Below are positions 27,578-38,582 of a stretch of DNA of 64,000 nucleotides, in pieces. The stretch lies in the IMG/VR virus record IMGVR_UViG_3300002231_000541, positions 1 through 64,000 of that record; one strand, written 5' to 3'. The DNA comes from an uncultured virus (IMG/VR IMGVR_UViG_3300002231_000541) (taxonomy: Duplodnaviria > Heunggongvirae > Uroviricota > Caudoviricetes). Each line of letters opens with the position of its first letter. Within the stretch, counting starts at the first letter, position 1. The notes below the pieces were generated by a model that worked only from the letters and a program-made list of their open reading frames with translations, did no database searches and had not been told where the DNA came from. The translations under genes and the position numbers were made by a program.

Positions 27578-28838
27578 ATGACAGAGAAAAAGAAAATAGT
27601 GGTGATCTCTGATCACCCATTGGCTCCTTCGGGAGTCGGTACTCAAACAAAATACATAATTGAAACGCTTCTTAAGACGGGTCGTTATAAGTTTGTTTGC
27701 CTAGGCGGAGCCGTTAAACATCGCGACTACAAGCCACAACACATCGACCCTTATGGTGAAGATTTTGTAGTATATCCTGTTGACGGCTATGGAAATCCAG
27801 AGATGGTCCGCTCTGCTTTATTTAACGAGAGACCTGACATGATTTGGTTCATGACCGATCCTCGTTTTTATGGGTGGTTATGGGCTATTGAAAATGAGAT
27901 CCGCCCCCATATTCCAATGGTATATTATCATGTGTGGGATAATTATCCATACCCGCACTACAATAAGGTTAACTACGAGTCGACAGATGTCATTGCTTCA
28001 ATTTCCAAAGTGACTTATGATATTGTTAACGTGGTAGCTCCAAATGTAGAAAATCACTACGTCCCTCACGCAGTAGATACAGCTATTTTTCAACCCATTT
28101 CGGAAGACGCCATTAAATCAATCAAAGAACAGTTATTCGGCCCAGGTGATCAACGCGTTACTTTTTTCTGGAATAACAGAAATGCCCGCCGAAAAATGAC
28201 TGGATCCCTCATTCACTGGTTTAATGAATTTGCAGAAAGCGTGGGCCCTGATAATGTCCGACTCATAATGCATACCGATCCTAAAGATCCTAACGGGCAA
28301 GACATCGATGCGATTATTAAAGATTTGAAGGCGGACGACGGCCGATTTTTGATTTCGGTAGATAAAGTCTCCCCAGACCGTCTCGCACTTTTTTATCAAG
28401 CAGCAGATTGTACTGTCAATATTTCGGACGCAGAGGGCTTTGGTTTGGCGACTCTAGAATCTTTGTCTTGCGGAACGCCTATTATCGTAAATATGACCGG
28501 AGGGCTTCAGGAGCAAGTGACTGATGGCAAAGATTTCTTTGGAATCGGGATCGAGCCTGCTTCCAAAGCAATCATCGGATCCCAACAGGTACCCTATATT
28601 TATGAAGATCGTATTTCTAAAGAAGATTTTTACGGCAGCCTTAACAAAAATTTACAAAATGACCCCTGATGAGCGAAAGTTATTGGGAATTAAGGGGCGC
28701 CAACACGTAGCCGTTAATTATAGCTTTGATAAATTCAAGAAAACATGGATTAATTTAGTGGATTCTATCGTAGAAAATCACGGCTCGTGGGAAAATAGAA
28801 AAAATTATAAATCTTGGGATTTAAGGGAGATTAAATGA
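27578..28838 (+). CDS. GT4 family glycosyltransferase (indel near 28630)
   Basis: SGVGTQ, NRNARRK and EGFGLATLESLSCGTPII motifs; C-terminus in the overlapping frame 28524-28838. Confidence 0.9.
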
Positions 28839-30865
28839 AACAAAAGATAGTAGTAAAAGGTCCTGTCCTTACACAAAGTGGATACGGAGAGCAGGCACGG
28901 TTTGCCCTGCGGGCCCTTCGATCCGTAGAAGATGTATTTGATATTTATATCATTCCTACCGCCTGGGGCCAAACAGGTTGGATTAGCGTTGATAACGAAG
29001 AGCGATCTTGGATCGACCAATGTATCACAAAGACTCACTTGCATGCTCAAGGAGGTGGAGTATTTGATATTTCATTGCAGGTAACTATTCCCAATGAATG
29101 GGAGCCATTAGCTCCCGTTAATGTTGGTTATACTGCGGGCATTGAAACAACTAAAGTTTCCCCCATTTGGGTACAGAAGGCCAATGAGATGGATAGAATC
29201 ATTGTAGTCTCCAATCACTCCAAAGAAGTCTTTGAAAAAACCGTTTATCAAGGCACTCATCCACAAACCGCAGCGCCTGTTATTTTGTCGTGCAATACTC
29301 CCATTGAAGTAGTAAATTATCCCGTTCGATCTGCTCAAAAGAAATCTCTAAAGCTTAATTTGGATTATGATTTCAATTTCTTGGCCATTTCCCAGTGGGG
29401 CCCTCGCAAAAACTTCGACAATCTCATTAACTGGTTTATCGAGGAAAACTTCGACCAGGAAGTAGGGCTAGTTTTGAAGACCTCTATCAAGGGCAATAGT
29501 CGCACAGATCGCCACTATACTGAAGAAAAACTTAAGGAAATTGTGGCTCGCCACGGAGATATCAAATGTAAAGTATATCTTTTACATGGAGACTTGTCAG
29601 AATCTGAAATGACAGGCCTGTACAGCCATTCTAAAATAAAAGCACTCATTAGTACCACTCACGGCGAAGGATACGGCCTGCCCCTATTTGAAGCCGCCTA
29701 CAATGGCCTTCCGGTTATTGCCCCCGGGTGGTCAGGCCAGCGAGACTTCCTCTACATACCAGATAAAAGAAGCCCAACAGGTAAGATGCGCCCCTTGTTC
29801 GCGACGGTTGAATATGAATTGAGGAATGTGCAGCCCCAAGCAGTGTGGGATGGAGTAATCCAGGCTGATTCCCAATGGGCGTTCCCGAAGGAGTCGAGCT
29901 TCAAAAAGAGGTTGAGGGAAGTCCGCACCAATTATCCGCGCTTTAAGAAAAACGCTAGAAAGCTTAAAAAGCATCTATCACAAGAGTTTACCGAAGAAAA
30001 ACTATACACACAGTTTACCGATTTTGTCGCACCAGGGCTTAACTCTATCGACGATATCGCCTCCCTCAAATCTTCCATTTTAGAAATTAAGGATATAAAA
30101 GAGAGAGTTTCTGCACTCACTGAAGCTGTCCGCAGCTTAAACTCTCAAGCCGAAAAGATTGAACTGCTTAAGGGTTCTTTAAGGGGGGAGACGTGCTATG
30201 TTCTATCTTGTGGACCTACCCTCACTGAACACGACGCGGAAAAGGTAAGATCTCTGTTAAGTGACAATGTGGTTATTGCAGTAAAGCAAGCATTTGATCT
30301 TTTCGCTGATTGTGTAGATTTTCATACATATAACTGCGCCAACTTTAAACAGTATGACTACTCCTCGCATCATCCGATTGCTATTGAATCCTCCACTTCG
30401 CCAAGACCTCTTGGTACGTGTGATATTAAGTTTTTCATCCGAGAAAGAGATTTCAATAGGTCTGTCGCAGCCACATCCCAGTTTGATCGTTGGACATATG
30501 AAAACTCTACCATTTTGCGCCCATATGGACCAGGAATCATGTATGAGTCGGTATTTTATTTAGCACAACACCTAGGAGTAGCTGAATTAATTACTATTGG
30601 ATGGGACAATTCTCTCATCAAGGGCGGCGCCTCCAAACAACATTTTTATGATAAAGAGGGGTCGACGTGTAATAAAGATGACTTTATTCATCAAAATGAG
30701 GTTGCTAACAACCCCAATGCTGTCGCAACCCTTGATCACGAGGCTTCAATTACCACCAACGCCATTTCAGAGTGGAATTCATGGCTATCCCAACATGGAG
30801 TGACGTTGAAAATTGTTTCTAAGATCAATCCAGCACCAGAAACCATCGAGAGGGTACAAATTTAA
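28835..30865 (+). CDS. GT4 glycosyltransferase fused to a Maf/DUF115-like C-terminal domain
   Basis: SGYG..AR, PRKN, HGEGYGLPLFEAA; then GETCYVLSCGPTL ... YLAQHLGVAELITIGWD..HFY. Confidence 0.8.
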   Translation: MKQKIVVKGPVLTQSGYGEQARFALRALRSVEDVFDIYIIPTAWGQTGWISVDNEERSWIDQCITKTHLHAQGGGVFDISLQVTIPNEWEPLAPVNVGYTAGIETTKVSPIWVQKANEMDRIIVVSNHSKEVFEKTVYQGTHPQTAAPVILSCNTPIEVVNYPVRSAQKKSLKLNLDYDFNFLAISQWGPRKNFDNLINWFIEENFDQEVGLVLKTSIKGNSRTDRHYTEEKLKEIVARHGDIKCKVYLLHGDLSESEMTGLYSHSKIKALISTTHGEGYGLPLFEAAYNGLPVIAPGWSGQRDFLYIPDKRSPTGKMRPLFATVEYELRNVQPQAVWDGVIQADSQWAFPKESSFKKRLREVRTNYPRFKKNARKLKKHLSQEFTEEKLYTQFTDFVAPGLNSIDDIASLKSSILEIKDIKERVSALTEAVRSLNSQAEKIELLKGSLRGETCYVLSCGPTLTEHDAEKVRSLLSDNVVIAVKQAFDLFADCVDFHTYNCANFKQYDYSSHHPIAIESSTSPRPLGTCDIKFFIRERDFNRSVAATSQFDRWTYENSTILRPYGPGIMYESVFYLAQHLGVAELITIGWDNSLIKGGASKQHFYDKEGSTCNKDDFIHQNEVANNPNAVATLDHEASITTNAISEWNSWLSQHGVTLKIVSKINPAPETIERVQI

Positions 30866-31838
30866 TGAAATACTTTATTACAGGAGGGACCGGATCCCTT
30901 GGAAAAGCACTGATTAAAAGAATCTTGAGAAATAAGAAGAATAAGGTAGTTGTGTACAGCCGAGATGAAGGTAAGCAAGCAAATATCTTCAGGAACACTA
31001 ATCGAGTTAAGTGTGTAATTGGTGATATTCGAGATTTTCAAAAACTCGATACCACCATGCGAATTCATAAGCCGGATTTTGTAATACACACAGCGGCTCT
31101 TAAAAGGGTGGATGATATGGAATTTCACCCCGATGAGTGTATGAAGACGAATGTGTATGGTAGTGAAAACGTAGCAATCGCTTCTCTTAACCATGGTGTG
31201 AAAAAATGTATACTCATTTCAACTGACAAAGCTTGTCAGCCTGTGAATGTTTATGGCTCCTCCAAATTCATTGCAGAAAGAATTTTCACTAACTATGACT
31301 ATAACTCCAACTCTACTGTATTTGCTTCCGTGCGCTATGGGAACGTCATTGCATCGCGCGGGTCTTTTATTCCACTGTGGATTGGGCAAATTGCAGAAAA
31401 GGGAGAAATTACAGTAACTTCCCGAGAATGTAGTCGATTTTTATTCACTCTCGATGATGCAGTCGACACGGTACTCAACGCCCTCAAAAATGCAGAAGGT
31501 GGAGAAGTTTTTATTCCAAAAATTAAATCCTTTTCTATGGACACTATTATCGGCGCTGTAAAGAAAATGACGGGAGAGCAAGAATTTGCAGTGAAAAATA
31601 TAGGGATGCGCCCAGGAGAAAAGCTCCATGAAGATATGCTTTCAAAAACAGAACTTCCATTTACTCGACAAGTGAGCAATAAACTTTTAGCAGTATTCGC
31701 CCCAGTATACTAAATAAACTCCCATACGCATAAACAAAAAATATATTAGGAAAAGAATTTAACTCATCTTTACACTTGAGTGAGAATGTCGCCGACTTGG
31801 TTTCGCTTATTCTTCGAGGCTTAGAAAATGCCAGCTGA
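30865..31838 (+). CDS. pseB: UDP-GlcNAc 4,6-dehydratase (PseB/FnlA-like); indels near the C-terminus
   Basis: TGGTGSLG, SRDEGKQ, GDIRD, STDKA, YGSSK, RYGNV..SRGS and GMRPGEKLHE motifs. Confidence 0.8.
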
Positions 31839-32440
31839 TAACAAAACAGGAACAATTTTGGTCGGGCCCTCAAGGTAAGAGTTATCTCAAGAGGAATTTT
31901 ACCCACCCAACCCGCCAGAAAGAGCGTAAGGTTTTTTATGATATGTTTCTGCCACTTGACAGAGATGCACATATTTTAGAGGTAGGGTGCAACTGTGGGA
32001 TAAATTTGCAAATCCTACAAGATATGGGATTTACAAACTTGTCTGGTATCGATATAGGTGAGGATGCCCTAAGTGAAGCTAAAAAAAGATTGCCAAACGC
32101 AAACTTTACTTTAGGCAGTATACTGGATATGCCCTATAGTGATAACTCTTATGATGTTGTTTTTTCTTCTGGTGTACTCATCCACCAAGACCCCGCTAAT
32201 AGTTTAAACGTGGTAATATCTGAAATGATACGATGCGCCAAGAAATATATTTTGGGCCTAGAAGATTATAACCAATCGTTTATGGATGGCGGATACAGAG
32301 GATCCACGGGATTCTACTGGCGAGGCCCGTTCTTGGAGACATTTCTGGCATCGTCAAGCAATCTCCATAAAGAACAAGAAGAATATATGGCTGTCAACAC
32401 CAATTATAAGAGACAGTGCTATAGGATAAGTCTAGCATGA
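31828..32440 (+). CDS. SAM methyltransferase resembling the pseudaminic-acid-cluster methylase (indels at 5' end)
   Basis: Upstream frame TKQEQFWSGPQGKSYLKRN; LEVGCNCGINL, SGVLIH, YRG motifs. Confidence 0.75.
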
Positions 32441-33462
32441 AAATATTTAAAACAAACCTGCACGACAAGGATGTTCAAATAATATCCAGAGTTTTAACTT
32501 CTGGAGAGTTGGGCTTCGGCCCAAATGTGTCTTTATTTGAGAGAGAATTTGCATCTTTTTCTCAAAAGAAATATAATGTTGCCACGAACAGCGCTTCTGC
32601 TTCTGCTTTTATGATTTTTTCTTTTCTCAAAGATATATATGGAGAGTGCGATGTTTATACCACGTCGCTAGGTTTTACCTCTCCTGCCTGGGCAGCTAAA
32701 CATTTTGGTCATAATTTAATTTTTGTCGATGTTGACGACGAACTCCAATTTAGCGTAAAGGATTACAAAAAACAAAGACAAGCCAGGTGCGAGAGATATA
32801 CTGATGGCGGTATCACACCAGTGGTTATGCCCGTTTTATATGGCGGAGTTAGCAATATTGATGGTTTTGACTCTTTTTTTGATAATAGTAGCTATGAGGA
32901 AATCGTTGTAGTTGATGCTGCTCATTGTGTTACTCCTACAATTAAATCGGATTTTGTGTTCTTCTCTTTCCATCCCTATAAGCCTATTTGCACGTCGGAT
33001 GGTGGAATGATTTCGACAAATAATCCACGCGCTAATGACTATTTCCGATCTTATAGGAATTTTGGACGCGAACCAAGTGGGCACTCATATGACATCAAGC
33101 AGACAGGTTTTAAGTTTTATATGAATAACTTAAACGCTACAATAGGGCTGACGCAGATTGATAGGTACGAAGATAACTTAAGTATTCGTAAGAAAAACTA
33201 TGACCGTTTGTTGGACGACTTTGGAGGTTGCCTGATGCCCCATGACAATAAATCTTCATTTTATTTCGCTACAACCTTGACAATCGGAGCAGAGGATGTT
33301 ATAATAAATAATAACTTAGCACGCCATTATCCAATGCTTCACATGACTTCATATTTTCGCAATGGGCAACAACTGCCCAATTTGGAACTGCTCCACGGCG
33401 CCATCTTAAATTTACCCTTGTGGACAGAAGCGGACCTTAAACTTACAGAGAGAAATAAATGA
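32437..33462 (+). CDS. pseC: DegT/DnrJ PLP sugar aminotransferase (PseC-like)
   Basis: DAAH; FSFHPYKPICTSDGGMI with the PLP lysine; GFKFYMN. Confidence 0.75.
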   Translation: MKIFKTNLHDKDVQIISRVLTSGELGFGPNVSLFEREFASFSQKKYNVATNSASASAFMIFSFLKDIYGECDVYTTSLGFTSPAWAAKHFGHNLIFVDVDDELQFSVKDYKKQRQARCERYTDGGITPVVMPVLYGGVSNIDGFDSFFDNSSYEEIVVVDAAHCVTPTIKSDFVFFSFHPYKPICTSDGGMISTNNPRANDYFRSYRNFGREPSGHSYDIKQTGFKFYMNNLNATIGLTQIDRYEDNLSIRKKNYDRLLDDFGGCLMPHDNKSSFYFATTLTIGAEDVIINNNLARHYPMLHMTSYFRNGQQLPNLELLHGAILNLPLWTEADLKLTERNK

Positions 33463-34421
33463 GTAAAGATTTACATAAAATATTAGAACAAATTGTATCA
33501 AACAGGCCAAATAGGGTCGATCGATATGATGCAGACTACATTACTGATATTCATCATATTCTTCGAGAAGAATTTCGAGTAAATACGGTAGCAGATTTTG
33601 ACCAACACCCAGTCTTGGCTTCCCTTAAGGACGCTTTGAACTTTGATAACTCCGAGACAGTAGAGGATGTTTCTAAAGTAATTAATGAGATGGACTTTGC
33701 ATTTAACCGCGCCGCTCTAACACCAAAACAAACATCAGCAACCATGAAGCAGCGGTTCAAATATAACAATATTCCCGAATGGGAGCAGTACAAAGATGTA
33801 AAGCTTGATCCTGCTAGTGAAGACTCAATTGAAAAGATTAAAGGCGTGCAGAGAGATTATTCTTTCATTGTCTCTGGCAAGAAGACTGTCTTCTGGGGGC
33901 GCCCCGAAGCCGGCGGCGATATTTGGTCCGCTGTGTTTAACCAACTTAGGGAGACTGGGGATCTCAATGATGAGTCCGACGTACTTACTATCGGCCCTCG
34001 CTTTGACCTTGAAATTCACTTTTTCCGTGATACTTTGGGGCTCAAGAATACTATTGGACTAGATCTCCATTCTGACGACGAAAGTTTGATCCGAGTGGGG
34101 GATATGCACTGTATGCCGTTCGAAGACAATAGTTTTGATATGATTTATCAAAAAAATACGTTTAACAAGTCATATGATATTAGAAAAGCCCTAGAGGAGT
34201 GCGTGAGGGTACTCCGCCCAGGCGGCATCTTAGTATCGGATGAGTGTCTAGATTATGTAGACGGTGTATCAGAAATTGCACGAACCAACATTGTTTCTAA
34301 CGAATGGTATTTGAACTGCTTAAGGGATAATGTGGAGAAAGTTGTCTTTAATAAGGAATGGACTGCCAGTGCTAGTTTTATTCGAAAATCGGGTGGAATC
34401 GCTCTGAAGATTAAAAAATAG
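33459..34421 (+). CDS. class I SAM-dependent methyltransferase
   Basis: VLTIGPR, IGLDL, GDMH.MPFEDNSFD and RVLRPGG motifs. Confidence 0.85.
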   Translation: MSKDLHKILEQIVSNRPNRVDRYDADYITDIHHILREEFRVNTVADFDQHPVLASLKDALNFDNSETVEDVSKVINEMDFAFNRAALTPKQTSATMKQRFKYNNIPEWEQYKDVKLDPASEDSIEKIKGVQRDYSFIVSGKKTVFWGRPEAGGDIWSAVFNQLRETGDLNDESDVLTIGPRFDLEIHFFRDTLGLKNTIGLDLHSDDESLIRVGDMHCMPFEDNSFDMIYQKNTFNKSYDIRKALEECVRVLRPGGILVSDECLDYVDGVSEIARTNIVSNEWYLNCLRDNVEKVVFNKEWTASASFIRKSGGIALKIKK

Positions 34422-34426
34422 GCTAC

Positions 34427-35494
34427 ATGATGGATAAGGTCTTTATTATTGCAGAAGCCGGCGCAAACCACAACCGTGACTGGGGCATGGCTACGCAATT
34501 AATCCGCGAAGCGTCGGAGGCTGGCGCTGATGCGGTAAAATTTCAAACATACTCTTCGGAAACTCTCTATTCTAAATACACTCCAGATTTCGCAGGCTAT
34601 ACTAATATCCCCAAACTTATTAAGGATATTGAGCTTCCTAGGTCTTGGCAAAAAGATTTAAAGCTGTATTGTGACGACCTGGGTATCGAATTTATGTCGA
34701 CACCTTTCGATGAAAGAGCGGTGGATGAGTTATATGAGTTGGGCGTCAAAAGATTAAAAATCGCGGGGTTTGAATCTACCGACCCTCGCTGGGTAAAATA
34801 CGTCGCTTCTACGGGCTTACCTCTTATTATTTCCCTGGGTACAGGAGCGAGCACTGACACGNNTTTAGAAGTTCAAAAAAATATCTTAGGTCCGCAAGTC
34901 CTTAATGATCCTCGAATTCATTTAGGGACATTTGATTTTTCAAATAACCCCGACGTCACATATTTGCACTGCAATAGCGCCTATCCGACACCTTATGAGG
35001 ATATAAATCTGGGAACAATGCAAACCCTAAGACGCTTAAGTACCAGCCATAAATGGTTAAAAAATACTCAAATAGGCCTATCGGATCACACTTTGGGAGT
35101 ACTCGTGCCTCCCCTTGCTGTTGCTCTGGGTGCCTCCGTAATTGAGAAACATTACACCCTAAGTAGACAACTTGAGGGCCCGGACCACCCCTTCGCAATA
35201 GAGCCTCACGAACTTAAACAAATGGTGTCAGATATTAGAACTACAGAGAAATGCCTAGGCACTAAAAAGGGCTCCTATACCACTAGTGAGCAAAAATTCA
35301 CCAAGGGACGCCGCTCGGTTATTGCTTCTTCTAGGATTGAGAAAGGCGCCAAAATAAAAGAAAGCCATGTGACCACTAAGCGACCTTTGTTAGAAAATTC
35401 TATTCCCGCTACGGACTATTATGATGTAATCGGAAAAGTGGCAACACGAGACATACAAGAAGATGAGATCTTGCTCGTAGGGGATATCGACTAA
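34427..35494 (+). CDS. pseI: nonulosonic acid synthase (PseI/NeuB family) with SAF domain
   Basis: IIAEAGANH, DAVKFQ, STPFD, LHCNSAYP, GLSDHT, IEKHYTL, GPDH and RRS motifs. Confidence 0.8.
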   Translation: MMDKVFIIAEAGANHNRDWGMATQLIREASEAGADAVKFQTYSSETLYSKYTPDFAGYTNIPKLIKDIELPRSWQKDLKLYCDDLGIEFMSTPFDERAVDELYELGVKRLKIAGFESTDPRWVKYVASTGLPLIISLGTGASTDTXLEVQKNILGPQVLNDPRIHLGTFDFSNNPDVTYLHCNSAYPTPYEDINLGTMQTLRRLSTSHKWLKNTQIGLSDHTLGVLVPPLAVALGASVIEKHYTLSRQLEGPDHPFAIEPHELKQMVSDIRTTEKCLGTKKGSYTTSEQKFTKGRRSVIASSRIEKGAKIKESHVTTKRPLLENSIPATDYYDVIGKVATRDIQEDEILLVGDID

Positions 35495-36360
35495 TGATGG
35501 ATGTTTTTGCACAAGAGAAGCAGAGAATTATAGAAGAGCTGTCTGAAACTGGTTTTTCTTCTTCTCATGTTTATTATCTTTTAGGCGACAAAGGTCTTTT
35601 AATGTTCCAAGAAAATCAGGAATTTTTTAAGTCAATGCGCGCAGACCCACGCATAAGCGAAAGAGTGGAGCGAATAAAGAGCGGTAATCCTATCAGAGAC
35701 AAAAACAANCCTTTTGAAATTAATCAATATGATTTTTTGTCCCGCGCCATTCACTTATCCGATGCTTCTTTGATTGAATTATATTTGTGTGAGGAATTCT
35801 TAGACATCGCGCGCGCATACCTGGGTGATGATCCAAAGATAAGAAATGTACTGACATGGATCCATCCGGAAGCCCGACAAGTGAAAAGGACTCATTCTCA
35901 AAATTGGCACAGAGATCAAGAAGATGATCACAATCTTAGAATCTGGATCTACTACAGTGATATAGCTTCTCGAACTGGCGCCTTGGAGTATGTAAAAAGT
36001 AGCAGCACGGGCATGAAAAATAACCATATTTCTCCCAATATCGTAGATGGCGCCTTCCCGCCGCATGGGTATTTGGGAGAATCTCATATAAGAAATATCC
36101 CACCAGGAGATATTATAAGTGCAACTGGCCAAGTTGGGACTATCGTCTTCGTAGATACAAATGGCATTCACCGAGGGGGATTCGTCCAGCAAGGCGAGAG
36201 AATGAAGACTATGGCTTGCTATTTAAAAAAAGATGCCTACCAAATAAAGAATGGTCCTTTATTTAGCTTTAATTATAGCCAAGAGAAGGTCAACTATTGT
36301 GATTATGAATCAGAAGAATTCAAGAATTTGACACCACGACAAAAAAACACACTGGAATAA
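35494..36360 (+). CDS. 2OG-Fe(II) dioxygenase (PhyH-like)
   Basis: SQNWHRD (HxD), GALEYV, DT.GIHRG. Confidence 0.8.
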   Translation: MMDVFAQEKQRIIEELSETGFSSSHVYYLLGDKGLLMFQENQEFFKSMRADPRISERVERIKSGNPIRDKNXPFEINQYDFLSRAIHLSDASLIELYLCEEFLDIARAYLGDDPKIRNVLTWIHPEARQVKRTHSQNWHRDQEDDHNLRIWIYYSDIASRTGALEYVKSSSTGMKNNHISPNIVDGAFPPHGYLGESHIRNIPPGDIISATGQVGTIVFVDTNGIHRGGFVQQGERMKTMACYLKKDAYQIKNGPLFSFNYSQEKVNYCDYESEEFKNLTPRQKNTLE

Positions 36361-36363
36361 TAA

Positions 36364-36978
36364 ATGAAGATAAGAAAATGTACTTTTGCTGATTGGCAAT
36401 TTTTATTGTCGCTTAGGAATGACAAAGTGACGAGAGAAAACTCCCTTAATTCTGGCCTTGTTAATAAGTCTGATCACTGCTCTTGGTTACAGCAGTCTTT
36501 AGATAATCCATGCCGGGAGATCTTCATAGCAGAAATGGAGGGAGAGCCTGTAGCCATGATTAGGGAAGATAAAGAGTCTCCTCAAGCTAGTGAGATAACT
36601 TTATCATGGGCAGTTTCTTCTAGCCAGCGAGGAAAAGGTATCGGAACGAAAATTCTTGAAACTACAGTAAGAGATAGGGTAGAGACTTTTCACGCTGAAA
36701 TCCGCGACGAAAACATTCCTTCTATTCGGATGGCTGAAAAAAACGGATTCGCAAAGTTTCACGCTACTTCTGTAGAGACGTCTTTGTACAAAAAGAAAGG
36801 GTTTTATGAAATAATTTCAGATATTGAAAGAGTGAGAAGCACCAATAATGTCAACTGGATGAACATCCTTCGACTAGCATTTAAGCACGCCCCCACAGAA
36901 GCAAAGCAGATGATGGGAAAAGTTAACGAAAACGACCAAGAAATCTCTAGATTACTCAAAGAACTGGCAGGAAAATAG
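36364..36978 (+). CDS. GNAT N-acetyltransferase (PseH-like) with a helical C-terminal extension
   Basis: LRND..TR.NS, H..W, QRGKGIG, N..SI..AEKNGF; C-terminal NNVNWMNILRLAF module. Confidence 0.8.
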   Translation: MKIRKCTFADWQFLLSLRNDKVTRENSLNSGLVNKSDHCSWLQQSLDNPCREIFIAEMEGEPVAMIREDKESPQASEITLSWAVSSSQRGKGIGTKILETTVRDRVETFHAEIRDENIPSIRMAEKNGFAKFHATSVETSLYKKKGFYEIISDIERVRSTNNVNWMNILRLAFKHAPTEAKQMMGKVNENDQEISRLLKELAGK

Positions 36979-36986
36979 GATTGGCG

Positions 36987-37831
36987 ATGACTAATTTAGC
37001 CTTACTAGGCCCTGGAGAATCTGTCTCTCGCAGAATACACCAAATAGTTCATATGGAAAATATGAATACCGTAGCTCTCCATCGGGTATTTCCTCATGTA
37101 TACACCTTACACAAACACCTTCCAAACTATTGGACTTGGGCAGACCCTGATGCGGCTACCGATGGATTGTTATACCTTTTGGAAAACCACAAACAAGACC
37201 CTAGCTTTAAAAAAGAATGAAAATTGTGATTCCTCACTACGTTTGCGGTACCTATGACGAATTCCGCAAGTTTGCTGGCACGACTCCGCTTGGTAGGGAT
37301 GTGAGGNTATGGGATCAGTACTCCCAAAATGTTAAATCAAGTGAAGGACTTTATGGATGTCGATATTTTTGAAGCAGTTACTACAAAAAATATCTCAATG
37401 TATCCTTTTAATAATCGCGATTACTTAGGAGATATTCATGGTAATGAGGCATTTTGGAGATTCACTCACCCAGATAAAGTAGTTTTAGGGACAGTTCAAT
37501 ATGACAGCGAACGCGTTATTGGTACCCTTAACAAGTGGGGTCTCGAAAACAAAGTCTCATCATTCATGTTTCCCATTGCATTTTATTTGCAAGCTCAAAA
37601 TGTCTATTGCCTAGGATTTTGATTTTATAGGCGCGCGCTTTTTTTGACACTACAAAAACACGACATGCATGGGGTACCGAAACCACTCGTTTGAATGAAA
37701 GTATTAAATTTTCTCTCTCTTTGGTGGACAAATGGAAAGAATGGTCAGACATCCATGGCATGACTTTGCATTGCTGTTCCCCAGAGTCTGAAAGCCTTCT
37801 TAGTGTTTCATTGCCTTATATGGAGATCTAG
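36987..37831 (+). CDS. Maf/DUF115/sialyltransferase-like protein (several indels)
   Basis: LALLGPGESV, YWTWADP, FPIAFYLQAQNVYCLGFD; fragments join across three frames. Confidence 0.55.
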
Positions 37832-37834
37832 TCG

Positions 37835-38515
37835 ATGAAGAGCATAGATGAAGTGGCTATTGTTGTGCAGGCTCGCTTATCTTCCACCCGTATTCCCGGC
37901 AAGATGATAAGAAGCTTTGCTGATTCTACTCTTGTGGACATCTTATTTGACAAGCTAAAAAGATCATCAATTATTCCACTTCAAAATATATATTTTTCGG
38001 CCTGGGATCAAGATCTCAAGAAAATCGCCAGAGATCATCAAGTCAGAATACATCACAGAACAGAAAAATCAGCAAATTCCGAAGGGATACAATTACAAGA
38101 ACTCTTTGATTGGCACGACAAATTGCCTCACAAATATGTTATTATGGTAAGCGCTTGTAATCCATTGCTGAATATAGAAACCATTGATTCCTTTGTTGAA
38201 CACTTTTTAGCTTCTGGAAGAGAGAACTGTTTCGCAGTTTTTGAAAAAAGAACCTATTATTGGGATAAAGAGGGAAATAATTTAACTGACTGGAAGAGCC
38301 TTACATCTATGAATACTAAGTTTGTGGATCCTATCTATGAGGCTGCTCACTGCTTATATGCTAGTCGATTGGATATTATTGGAGACGGATTTTGGATGAA
38401 TACCAAGTCTCCCCCTGAACTAGACCTTTTTGTTGTGAGCGAGATAGAAAGTTTCGATATCGACTACGAGTGGCAATTCGAAGTAGCAGAGAAATTATAT
38501 AAAACTTTACAATAA
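37835..38515 (+). CDS. CMP-nonulosonate synthetase (NeuA/PseF family)
   Basis: QARLSSTRIPGKM, ACNPLL, FDIDYEWQF motifs. Confidence 0.85.
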   Translation: MKSIDEVAIVVQARLSSTRIPGKMIRSFADSTLVDILFDKLKRSSIIPLQNIYFSAWDQDLKKIARDHQVRIHHRTEKSANSEGIQLQELFDWHDKLPHKYVIMVSACNPLLNIETIDSFVEHFLASGRENCFAVFEKRTYYWDKEGNNLTDWKSLTSMNTKFVDPIYEAAHCLYASRLDIIGDGFWMNTKSPPELDLFVVSEIESFDIDYEWQFEVAEKLYKTLQ

Positions 38516-38528
38516 TGCACTTTAATAC

Positions 38529-38557
38529 TTGACAATGGGCGATTTTGGTGTTATAAT
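38529..38557 (+). promoter_or_regulatory. consensus sigma70 promoter
   Basis: TTGACA(38529-38534)-17 bp-TATAAT(38552-38557) with TG. Confidence 0.85.
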
Positions 38558-38582
38558 ATATGTAGCTTAAGGAGATTATTAT

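Noticed and set aside
27578..38515. Bacterial chromosome O-antigen/capsule locus or prophage flank
   Set aside because: Flanked on both sides by phage-type genes with the same promoter style; no wzx/wzy/kps, integrase or housekeeping operons
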